53,141 nt of DNA, from IMG/VR virus record IMGVR_UViG_3300047564_007050, positions 1-53,141 of that record; one strand, 5' to 3'. The notes under the pieces were generated by a model. It searched no databases and was not told the origin of the DNA. It saw only the letters and a program-made list of their open reading frames with translations. The stretch's first letter is position 1. The number at the start of each line of letters is the position of its first letter. Positions 17,539 through 26,388 of the stretch are shown here, in pieces. This DNA comes from a virus (taxonomy: Duplodnaviria; Caudoviricetes). The translations under genes and the position numbers were made by a program.

Positions 17539-18492
17539 CTAAGCCGATACCGCAACCGCCAACTTAGCAGCATCAACAGCTTTTTGAGTTGTACTTTCTT
17601 TAGCTGGATCAGATGGTAAGTTATCAGTCTTGGTTTTAATGGCAGAAATACTTATATTATCTGGTGCGACATATCCTGAAATTGGCAATCTAGTAGTTAT
17701 GTTAGCATCAATTCTAGCAAGTTCAGTAGACAATTCAGTTCTAACTTGAGTTGCTATTTGAGTTGTTGTTGGAATATCACCTGTCGCAGCGGGACTTGAC
17801 GGTAAGTTATCGGTTTTTAATTTTATGGCTGCAATACTTGTATTATCTGGCGATATGTATGAAGAAATTGGCAATCTTGTACTAACCGCAACATCTAATT
17901 TTGTACTATTAGTATCAATTTCTTGTCTAATTTGAGAACTGGTAGGTGGGGTTACATATGTTGTTGTTGCAAGTCTTGTGCTAATCGGCACATCAATTCT
18001 ATCTAATTCTGTGGTTAATGAATTTCTAACAGCGGTGGCAATAGAGTTTGTTCCGCCACTAGAAAGTGTTCTAGTAGAATAGCTCCAAATATCTGCTGCC
18101 GAGGCACCGCCTCCACCACCACTGGTTGTAACTACTGTGGCGTTAGCAGACTGAATTAGGAGGGCTTGAACTCCGGCTGAGTATGCGATTGGGTCTCCGC
18201 TTGGACCTCCGATGAGGTTGCCTCCTGCGACACGGGCGATATAGTTCCCCGCCGCAAAACCAAGCTGCCACGTCCCCAATAATTCGACCGTAAGTCCGAC
18301 TTGGACTCCTGGGCCGAGTTGGTCAAGTCCTGTTCCTTTTGCGATTCTGTCATATATAATTCCTTCCTCCGACATTTGGGCTAATTTTACAGCATCATAT
18401 AATACGGAACAATCAACATCTGTGACTCCAGAGTCTATCTGTATCAAAGATGTGTCAAAATTAAATGTAAATGGTTCTATGTAATATGGCAT
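17539..18492 (-). CDS. Hypothetical fibre-like virion protein with internal repeats
   Basis: Recurrent TEL-RID--I-TRL and PDN-SI-AIK-KTDNLPS-PA units; sits upstream of gp13. Confidence 0.65.
   Translation of the reverse strand: MPYYIEPFTFNFDTSLIQIDSGVTDVDCSVLYDAVKLAQMSEEGIIYDRIAKGTGLDQLGPGVQVGLTVELLGTWQLGFAAGNYIARVAGGNLIGGPSGDPIAYSAGVQALLIQSANATVVTTSGGGGGASAADIWSYSTRTLSSGGTNSIATAVRNSLTTELDRIDVPISTRLATTTYVTPPTSSQIRQEIDTNSTKLDVAVSTRLPISSYISPDNTSIAAIKLKTDNLPSSPAATGDIPTTTQIATQVRTELSTELARIDANITTRLPISGYVAPDNISISAIKTKTDNLPSDPAKESTTQKAVDAAKLAVAVSA
17600..18030 (-). repeat. Degenerate peptide repeats (about 3 copies)
   Basis: TELDRIDVPISTRL / KLDVAVSTRLPISSYISPDNTSIAAIKLKTDNLPSSPA / TELARIDANITTRLPISGYVAPDNISISAIKTKTDNLPSDPA. 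Boundaries approximate. Confidence 0.75.
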
Positions 18493-18495
18493 AAA

Positions 18496-19938
18496 CTATA
18501 CGTCACTATTTCTTGATGCGTTTACTGAAGCTCCTGTTGAAGATACTGTTACCGTAGTTGCAAACGGTATAATAGGACTCACCCCAGAGCCATTTCTAAC
18601 ATCCACTCTAGCAGTAAATACTGTGTTAAAAGTAAAACTTGAAGCCAAATTAGTTGTGGTTGCTTGAGTGTCTATATATGGAACAAAAACATCGTCAGTC
18701 GTCACAATATTTTCTAATAAAGTTGGTGACAATCCATTAAAAGTTTTGGTTGCTGTTGTGTAGCTAGTGTATGTATATCGTTTATTTTTGATGCGAATAA
18801 CACCACTTGTTGGAGTATCAGAAGGAATACTTTCAACTATAGTTAATGCAGTTGCACCCGAACTTGCCGTAACCGGAGTAAATTGGTCTTTAATAATATT
18901 TCCAGAACCATCTGCTCTAGTAACCAAAACTCGATCTCCACTTACCAAGTTTCCAATATTTATTGTTGCTAATATTGGGGGTGATTGCGTTGTTCCATCA
19001 TGAGCTATTAACTGATACTTTGTAGATTCTGCTGGCAAAACTCCGGTTAAGAACCAACCTTGAGCTACGAAAAAAGTTCCTCCGGCAAAGGTCCCAAACG
19101 GTGCTGAAGCAATCTCAGGGTACGCCACATTTAATTTTCTATATCTCCAGCCAGGAATACTATTTATGGTATCGGTGCTATCTTCTCTGGTTATATATTG
19201 AAGATATTGATATGCTTCTTGTAGAGTGCAAGAGTTGGATAGAGTTATAGTTCCCTTATATAATTTAGGTCCGTTTCCGTTTCCTAAATCTTGAGTCGTG
19301 TCACCCGCAGTTATGGTAACTTTGCTACTTAATGCGGCAGCCTGAGCTTCAGTCAAAACTATAGCAGAATCTAAAGTTGTGCTTAAAGCTGCTGGAGACT
19401 CACCTCCAGCCGCAAGGTTGGTGTCGAAGTGAGAGTATGTTTGTCCCCACTTGCGAGAAAATGCAGTTACGTTTCCAGAATCAATAAAGGCATTTGCGGT
19501 TTTGACTTTAATCAAAATGCGAATGTGACCATCATCCCAAAACTTTGTAAGTTTAGCGTTATTCTGAACCACATACATCGGCGAGTTTTCAACAATACCA
19601 CCGATAGTTTGCAAACCCGAATATTGTACTGCTGTTCCGTTTTGCTTGATTGATCCGAAATTAATGTATTGAGCCGCAGTATCATCAATATTAAATGATA
19701 TTGCGCCAGATCCTAGTAAATTTAATCGAGACGCCACGTCCGGATCTCTAGGACCGTCTAATTTAGATGGATTTGGAGATAAAATATCAAGATTATCATT
19801 GTCTGAAAAAATCTCATTATCAGCCAAATCTTGAAGCCACTTATGCAATTCCAATACAGTATATACCTGCGTTCCCGAAATGTGCCTAATGTCACCAGTT
19901 GCGCTAATACTAAACTCTGTTGGGTTAATATCTGGCAT
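18496..19938 (-). CDS. Hypothetical virion structural protein
   Basis: 480-aa T/S/G-rich beta-type ORF with AAGGAG SD, in the late operon. Confidence 0.7.
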   Translation of the reverse strand: MPDINPTEFSISATGDIRHISGTQVYTVLELHKWLQDLADNEIFSDNDNLDILSPNPSKLDGPRDPDVASRLNLLGSGAISFNIDDTAAQYINFGSIKQNGTAVQYSGLQTIGGIVENSPMYVVQNNAKLTKFWDDGHIRILIKVKTANAFIDSGNVTAFSRKWGQTYSHFDTNLAAGGESPAALSTTLDSAIVLTEAQAAALSSKVTITAGDTTQDLGNGNGPKLYKGTITLSNSCTLQEAYQYLQYITREDSTDTINSIPGWRYRKLNVAYPEIASAPFGTFAGGTFFVAQGWFLTGVLPAESTKYQLIAHDGTTQSPPILATINIGNLVSGDRVLVTRADGSGNIIKDQFTPVTASSGATALTIVESIPSDTPTSGVIRIKNKRYTYTSYTTATKTFNGLSPTLLENIVTTDDVFVPYIDTQATTTNLASSFTFNTVFTARVDVRNGSGVSPIIPFATTVTVSSTGASVNASRNSDV

Positions 19939-19947
19939 AAAATCTCC

Positions 19948-22900
19948 TTATTCGTCCAAAATCTGATTGGCGGTCTGTGTATTATTAGAATTGCTTAAAA
20001 TTGTTGAGGTTTTCCACTCTTGATAATATGGGCTTGCTGTTCCTTTACGCACAACTATCTCAATCGGAATGTCTACGGTGTGCGTGTAGGTGTAAGCGAA
20101 GCTACCAGTAGTAACAGTCTGATTGGCAATCACGGCAAGCGTGTCGGTACGACGGATCAAGATGCGTGAATCGGTTACGATGTTACTGACCGTCAAGGTG
20201 TAGGAGGCTGCTGGAGAATAGTAGGTTCCGTCATCAGCTTGCATACGAGCGAACCCAGGCACTTCGTTGCCAGAGCCGTCTACTACTCGCACACCCTTTA
20301 GTGTCGCTCCTGCTGAGCCGTATAGAACTCCACGAGCGGTTTCGTAGCCAGTACCTACAGGAATTACCATCACTGGCAGAGCCGTATTATGGAACCCGCT
20401 AAGTAGGTTGTAGTCGTCTTGTGCAGTCTGCCACGAAAGATACTGAGCAATAGTTGCTGCACTAGAGCCGTCTGTGACTGTTACCGTGATTGACCATTGC
20501 TTGCTATTCCATGTGACCGGAGACGCTCCGTGATTGGTAATCGTAATAGCCTTAGCGCCTGGGTTGGTGTCAGGGATTGCATTGTCGAGCTGCGAAACTG
20601 GAATAGAAGCAACCCGTTCAGTGAGTGTAAATCCAAGGTCGATTGCGTCATACCCTGGTTTACGCACTCTCAACATTACGCTTGTGTTTGCATACCAATC
20701 GGGAATGAGCGTAACTGAAGCACTACCAGTTCTAGTTTCTAAACGCTTACCATCGGACACTCTAAAGATTGAATAAACGGAACTCGAAAGCCCATTTATT
20801 ACTGTGACCGGAGGATTGTTGTATGGATACGGATTAGCCGCACAAGCGACTGCGCTGGTTACACCGTATATGTGAATTCTTGTAAGTGTATTAGTTGCGT
20901 TTGAAGTGTTTACAAGCGCACGAACTCTTAGCCGTACACCAGTGGGTGATATGCCAGTTTCTGCGGAAAGGTTTGCTGCTGTAAGAGCTTTGAACGTACC
21001 ACTAAATCCAGAGCCTTTATCCAGGTCATATGTCAAAGTGAAGTTAGCAATGTTTGTGCCGCTTATAGCAGGAGTAGTGTTGGCAAACGAGGTCAACCCA
21101 AGGATAGCATAGCTCCACGTCCATGTGATTTGATTACCTGCTGTTGGCATTGCTAAAGCACCGTTACGAATCAGCGGACCACCGGAATCCTCTGTGTAAG
21201 CGTTTGCATCAAGCACCGAACCACTAAACTTTTCGCTTCCTGTGTTGATATAAAGACTTAAAGTTGTCGCTGACGTAAGTACATCAAGAAACATTGGTAC
21301 ACGGAGACCGCCACCAGCACCAGGCGTCCCCGCTGCTCCGATTACTCGCTGACCAATGCCCGAACAATACGTAGTGGCATAGGGAGCGGCTGCATACGAT
21401 AACGGATTGCCGCTTTCAGAAACGTAAAAGTCATTACCTGAGCCATTGGCCGAACCAACGGGAATGCTAGTGCTATAGCCAGCTCCAGGTACAACATAGA
21501 CTTTGGACATATGACAATCAGAAATACCACCAACCGAGATGAAAGCTCTAGCTGATGCTACTGTTGGGCCTTGTGCAGTAAACGGTGCGCTTGGTGTTCC
21601 AATATCTCTAAAGTGTACACGAGTACAGTTGTTGTTCATGGTGAAAAAATCAAAGAGCGGCCAATAAGGATAGCCTGGAACGTAATCCATGCCGATAAAC
21701 ACACCATCTGAACATGCTGTCAAATTTATCGCAGAGCCGTTACCGGCACTTAAACTAGGTAAAGTTGGGTGCAATCTCGATGAAATTTTTGTGTTTGTGT
21801 AAGTAAAATTAGAGCAAGCTGTAAGACTCAAAGAAAAGGCATTTGTAGCACTTCCTATCAACATCTCATTGTTAGCAGTGATATTTGAACAATAATTCAG
21901 TGCTACACTTGGAGCGTTTGCAGCATATACATAAAGATTATTTGATAATGTTATGTTTTTACAGTTGTTAATGCTTAATGCAGCACTTCTAGTGCCTCTG
22001 TAAAAAGTACAGTTTGAAATACTGACGCTACTTGATTCTCGAATAAAAACACCAGGGCTGGTAGTGCTAAAAACACCAATGCCGCAATTCGACAATATAA
22101 GTTGTTCTGTTATCGTAGCAGCATTTTCGGCATTACTAACGCCATCTAAAATTGCACTGTTAATGTAAGTTGCATAAAAAGCTTGTTTTTCTGGACGACC
22201 TGCGTGTCCCGCAAAAATAGCCTTGTTCATTGTAAACGGACCGCCACCTCTAAAGTGTGGTCTTTCTCGTGGTGCTACTGCTGTCGTTAATTGCGAGGCA
22301 TTACTATATGCACTTCGCATACAGATGTTAGGCACTTGTATTTTTGCGCCAGATGGAGGCAGTTTGCCCCATGTTGAGCCGCCGAAGGTAATTAGCCCCG
22401 TACTTCCGCAGGTAAATATCCTGTGCCCCGTGTCCATGTTTGTAGTGCTATCAACAGCACAATACCACTCATACACTCCGCTGCCTGACGCTGTTTCAAT
22501 TTGTACTGCTGGGCAGTAGTCACCTGCATAATGCTGTAGTGTCATTCCAGCAACACCAGTAGCCGTGCCTAATTCAAACCAATCTCCATTAAAGTTTACA
22601 ACCCCTTGGTATGTAGTTTGAATTCCGTTTTCAGCCTGGAAGTTTCCGTTTGACGCCATGTGGAACTCAAGCCAACCACGCTGGCCACCTGTAGCTGAAT
22701 TGACTGTCGCCGTTGCTCCACCTGCAAACGTCAGGACGTCGTTGTCGTTAATTGTGCCTGTTTTTCTGCGTAGCTTTACAAATCCGGTAGCTGGCATCGC
22801 AGTGCCAGGGGTGACTCTGACAGTGCCGAGCGCAGTATATACGCCGAGAAACTCTCCTACGTTCCCTCCGCTTACCGTTACGTCATCAGTGCCTTGAGTT

Positions 22901-23367
22901 CCTAATGCTGGAACATTTCCAGAAGACGCATCAAAGGGAATCCACCATACAGTAGTGCCATCAAAGTTAAGTGTTCCGTTGCTGACGCTGTAGTAATAGG
23001 GATACGCCGCTTGTTGCGAATAAAGATTGTCTGAATTAACGGTAAGAGTGGCACCATTAGTAATGGTGTAAATTTCTTGATTATTAAGCGCTAAATTGAG
23101 ATATGCAAAACCGTTAGTTGCACCAGACACCGTAGCAAGAGCATTAGCTGTGAGAGTTAGTTGTGTGGTGCTTTGTATAGAAAGGACGTTTCCAAGGTAT
23201 GTGGTGCCAGAGTAAATGGGACATCCAATAGGAGTATTTGTTGCATTAAACGCAGTTCCTACGCCGGTAATAATGGCACTTGAAGTAGATGAGGTGATAG
23301 AGCCAGCAAGCGCAGTAGCAAATGCGTCGTCAAAGTTTCTACTGGTTGTTGCTGTTACGTTAGCCAT
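19948..23367 (-). CDS. Tailspike / receptor-binding-like protein with probable right-handed beta-helix
   Basis: Periodic ISNCTF, INNCKNITLSNN, YCSNITANN, ACSNFTYTN, ACSDGVF units; A/G/T/S-rich; elevated GC patches. Confidence 0.7.
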   Translation of the reverse strand: MANVTATTSRNFDDAFATALAGSITSSTSSAIITGVGTAFNATNTPIGCPIYSGTTYLGNVLSIQSTTQLTLTANALATVSGATNGFAYLNLALNNQEIYTITNGATLTVNSDNLYSQQAAYPYYYSVSNGTLNFDGTTVWWIPFDASSGNVPALGTQGTDDVTVSGGNVGEFLGVYTALGTVRVTPGTAMPATGFVKLRRKTGTINDNDVLTFAGGATATVNSATGGQRGWLEFHMASNGNFQAENGIQTTYQGVVNFNGDWFELGTATGVAGMTLQHYAGDYCPAVQIETASGSGVYEWYCAVDSTTNMDTGHRIFTCGSTGLITFGGSTWGKLPPSGAKIQVPNICMRSAYSNASQLTTAVAPRERPHFRGGGPFTMNKAIFAGHAGRPEKQAFYATYINSAILDGVSNAENAATITEQLILSNCGIGVFSTTSPGVFIRESSSVSISNCTFYRGTRSAALSINNCKNITLSNNLYVYAANAPSVALNYCSNITANNEMLIGSATNAFSLSLTACSNFTYTNTKISSRLHPTLPSLSAGNGSAINLTACSDGVFIGMDYVPGYPYWPLFDFFTMNNNCTRVHFRDIGTPSAPFTAQGPTVASARAFISVGGISDCHMSKVYVVPGAGYSTSIPVGSANGSGNDFYVSESGNPLSYAAAPYATTYCSGIGQRVIGAAGTPGAGGGLRVPMFLDVLTSATTLSLYINTGSEKFSGSVLDANAYTEDSGGPLIRNGALAMPTAGNQITWTWSYAILGLTSFANTTPAISGTNIANFTLTYDLDKGSGFSGTFKALTAANLSAETGISPTGVRLRVRALVNTSNATNTLTRIHIYGVTSAVACAANPYPYNNPPVTVINGLSSSVYSIFRVSDGKRLETRTGSASVTLIPDWYANTSVMLRVRKPGYDAIDLGFTLTERVASIPVSQLDNAIPDTNPGAKAITITNHGASPVTWNSKQWSITVTVTDGSSAATIAQYLSWQTAQDDYNLLSGFHNTALPVMVIPVGTGYETARGVLYGSAGATLKGVRVVDGSGNEVPGFARMQADDGTYYSPAASYTLTVSNIVTDSRILIRRTDTLAVIANQTVTTGSFAYTYTHTVDIPIEIVVRKGTASPYYQEWKTSTILSNSNNTQTANQILDE

Positions 23368-23370
23368 AAA

Positions 23371-24435
23371 TTATACTTGTGTTTGTGTAATATTAGCCAA
23401 AGACCCATCTGGATTATAATTAAACACTTTAGTTATCGTTACTGTAGATTTATAATACTTTAATTCTGTTAAATTTCCTTCTGTATATGCAAATGTTTTG
23501 TAGTCACCGTTACTATAATCCAATCTAGTTAAAATTCCTGCCGTATATGTAAACACTGGACTTCTGCCAGGCAAATCTAAATTTATATCATCAACCACAG
23601 ATTTTTCTGCTTTGTTATCTTGCAAAGTTTTACCTTGATTTGCAGATAGAGCATCTGTGGCGCTTGTGCTAGTTAAATTATCAATTACTGATGGTATTAC
23701 AGGTTTATTTAGTATTTGGGCATCACCAATATTTGCGTTCCAATCAGCATTTACGTTTACTTCCGCACCAGCTTGAACGCCATCAAGTTTAACTTTATCA
23801 TCGAAACTCATGAATCCGGAAATGGTCTGAGTTGCTATAGGATGCGTATGATTTGCTTCAGCCGCACCAACATCTGATGCAGTCAAAATCACCACACCAG
23901 TTTTTGCGTTTACGCTGGTTACGGGAGCAGCCGGAGGAGAAACATTTTTCCATAGATTTGCGGCTGAGTCGTATGTTAATACTTGTCCGTTTAAATTGCC
24001 ACTGACTGCAACATCTGTGAGTTGGTCTAATGATAGCAAATCAATTCTTAAATTGGTTGTATTGTCGGCTGAAATTCGTTGATTCTGCTCAGTGTTTATA
24101 TTTTGTTGTAGAGTATTTTCTGCCTGAGTTGCACGAATAATTTCATCGCTTAAATCTTCGGCAACTTCTTGTATATCAGAGTCTAAATTTGCAATTAGAC
24201 TATCAACATACGATTTATTGGTAGCATCGTTACTGTTGGTTGGTGTCAATAAATTTATCAGTTTATTATTTCCGGCATCTATATCGCCAGTAAATGCGAT
24301 TGAGCCATTACGCTTAATAAGCTCTAGTCCTTCAGCCAACTTACTTAACTGAATGGCAGCATTTGCAGCCACCTCAGAGTCGGTAATTGTAAGCGGTTTA
24401 ATCTGTGTATTACCACGGATCTTGGTTATTGGCAT
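23371..24435 (-). CDS. Fibre-like protein
   Basis: Common fibre modules: DATNKSYVD, coiled coil, LTDV...GQVLTYD...W, VTSVNAKTGVV, GFMS--DKVKLDG, IDNLTSTSATDALSANQGK. TATAAATA at 24474-24481. Confidence 0.75.
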   Translation of the reverse strand: MPITKIRGNTQIKPLTITDSEVAANAAIQLSKLAEGLELIKRNGSIAFTGDIDAGNNKLINLLTPTNSNDATNKSYVDSLIANLDSDIQEVAEDLSDEIIRATQAENTLQQNINTEQNQRISADNTTNLRIDLLSLDQLTDVAVSGNLNGQVLTYDSAANLWKNVSPPAAPVTSVNAKTGVVILTASDVGAAEANHTHPIATQTISGFMSFDDKVKLDGVQAGAEVNVNADWNANIGDAQILNKPVIPSVIDNLTSTSATDALSANQGKTLQDNKAEKSVVDDINLDLPGRSPVFTYTAGILTRLDYSNGDYKTFAYTEGNLTELKYYKSTVTITKVFNYNPDGSLANITQTQV

Positions 24436-24481
24436 GGCAATTTAAGCTCTGTTGATAAACTATTGTTCTTTAGTATTTATA

Positions 24482-25021
24482 TTACAAAGGAACCATAAAT
24501 ATAGAATTTCCAGAAGATGCCAGTATAGACCCAGAATTATTTTTTACATAAAATCCAGATTGAAAAAATGATACTGGAATATTGTCAAACTCTAATTTTT
24601 TAGGCGATAGTGTGGTGGAAACTGACAAAGAATAATAATTTGTACCATTATCTATTTTTATAGTTGGTGTTAATGCAGTTGGCTGATATTCACCTAAAAT
24701 TATTATCACTTTACATACATCTGAGGTTCCAAAATTTAATCCAGAAATTGTCGAAGATTGCGAATTATCCGCTATAGAGTTTAATATAGTCTCACTTATC
24801 AAATATTGCTGAAATTCTGCAAAATTGTTTATGGTTTGAAGTGCATTAAATATTTTATTCGATGTAGAAGACCCAAAATTATTAACTGATAAAATAGTAC
24901 TTCTAGTATTGCTAGATAAGTAACTTAGTAGAGTTGTCTCTTCTAAGGTATAACTCAAATCTGTCGATGCTGAACCGTCAGGAGAAATAATTTCAACAGA
25001 AGTTCCTATAGGAAAAAGCAT
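24482..25021 (-). CDS. Hypothetical protein
   Basis: 179-aa ORF downstream of the holin; no recognised motif. Confidence 0.6.
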   Translation of the reverse strand: MLFPIGTSVEIISPDGSASTDLSYTLEETTLLSYLSSNTRSTILSVNNFGSSTSNKIFNALQTINNFAEFQQYLISETILNSIADNSQSSTISGLNFGTSDVCKVIIILGEYQPTALTPTIKIDNGTNYYSLSVSTTLSPKKLEFDNIPVSFFQSGFYVKNNSGSILASSGNSIFMVPL

Positions 25022-25045
25022 ATCTAACTATAAATCAAATATAAA

Positions 25046-25555
25046 TCAATCTTGTTTATCATGCCTAGTTGGTTTAACTGGCATCCTTTTCTCTCTTTCA
25101 TTTGACAGCAAAATTATTAAGTCTTTTATAACCCGATGAGAACTTATGCGATTTAAGTTTTCTAGAATTGATTTGGTTTCTGTTATTGCTATAAATCCAG
25201 AAACTATTGCTTCGATGGGCAAATCAAAATCTGCCAATAAATACTTATGAACTATAAATGAAACTATTATAGTAGTAGAATATATTAAAATCTTGCTGAT
25301 ACTTCTAGACATCTTAGAACTTGTTATGGTTTGCTTTTCCTTTAATGATGCCCAGACGCCAGTTATAAAATCTATCGATATTAAAAAATAAACAGCAAAA
25401 ATGGCAGATTTTATTGGTGCTAAAAGAGACACCGCAATAATTAGCCAGCTTTTTATAGCCGCAGCAAAATTACTTAAGTCAAAATAACTAAACACGCTTT
25501 TTAAATAAAATTTAATATGTTGAAGCATTATTATAGTTACTCCACTAAATGTCAT
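25046..25555 (-). CDS. Holin (phage holin 4 / toxin-secretion type); start may be ATG 25528
   Basis: Hydrophobic segments with IDFITGV, SSKMSRSISK, E-KSILEN; basic C-tail; TATAAATA at 25603-25610. Confidence 0.8.
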   Translation of the reverse strand: MTFSGVTIIMLQHIKFYLKSVFSYFDLSNFAAAIKSWLIIAVSLLAPIKSAIFAVYFLISIDFITGVWASLKEKQTITSSKMSRSISKILIYSTTIIVSFIVHKYLLADFDLPIEAIVSGFIAITETKSILENLNRISSHRVIKDLIILLSNEREKRMPVKPTRHDKQD

Positions 25556-25634
25556 ATAAATGTATATTGAATAACCACACCGGTTGTGATAAAATGCATA
25601 ATTATTTATATTATAATTTTATAAAAGGTAAAGA

Positions 25635-25796
25635 ATGTCAGACCCTACAAACACAATAAAGATTGAATTGACTATGCAAGAAGCTGAGTTTATTCTGAAT
25701 TTAATAAGCCAGCTATCAATTAGTCCGGTATCAAAAGATGCTGCGCAAATTGTTCAATTGGTTCAAACTTTGGTGGCCAAATTTAAGCCACAATAA
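25635..25796 (+). CDS. Small protein (53 aa), the only credible plus-strand gene (not in ORF track)
   Basis: MSDPTNTIKIELTMQEAEFILNLISQLSISPVSKDAAQIVQLVQTLVAKFKPQ; AAGGT SD; double TAA stop; fills the intergenic gap. Confidence 0.65.
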   Translation: MSDPTNTIKIELTMQEAEFILNLISQLSISPVSKDAAQIVQLVQTLVAKFKPQ

Positions 25797-25808
25797 TAAG
25801 TTGTACGT

Positions 25809-26387
25809 TTAATGTAAGTCAACCCAAGCTGTGCCATTATAAACACGCAACTTGTTTGTTGTACTATTGTAATATACATCACCGGCTTCTTCTCCGGACG
25901 GATCTGCCGACAACGGAACAAATCGAACTTGTCCGGTAGGCTTAACTATAGCACGTTCAATAAAAGAATTTAGAGAACTTCCGCTAGGACCTGCTGGAGT
26001 GGTTTTTAGTATAACTGAGCCGCCATTGGCGTTTCCTGTACTTTGTCCACCGCCAATAGTCATATCATTTCCGGCAGAATTTGTTCCACTTCCTGAAAAT
26101 GCCAAAATGCTATTGCCGATAGATGCAGAAGACATTTCTCTTCCTAAATAGAGTATAAACAACGAGCTTCCGGTTGTCGGAGCAGAAGTAAAAACAATTT
26201 GTGTGCCTCCATTAGACAAAGAATATTGAATATTTGGCTGTTGTATTGCACCAGCAAGAACTACCAATATAGAGGCGGCTGTTGATACTTTATAGGTCAA
26301 ATTAAATGTAGTTAGCACACTATTAGGCGTTAAAACCTGAGTGTCAAACTGACCATACGGCACATCTCTGCCAATATAATTGCCCAT
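25809..26387 (-). CDS. Short tail-fibre-associated protein
   Basis: YIG start, VVLAGAIQQP...IVFTSAP domain, GDVYYNSTTNKLRVYNGTAW end motif. Confidence 0.7.
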   Translation of the reverse strand: MGNYIGRDVPYGQFDTQVLTPNSVLTTFNLTYKVSTAASILVVLAGAIQQPNIQYSLSNGGTQIVFTSAPTTGSSLFILYLGREMSSASIGNSILAFSGSGTNSAGNDMTIGGGQSTGNANGGSVILKTTPAGPSGSSLNSFIERAIVKPTGQVRFVPLSADPSGEEAGDVYYNSTTNKLRVYNGTAWVDLH

Positions 26388-26388
26388 A

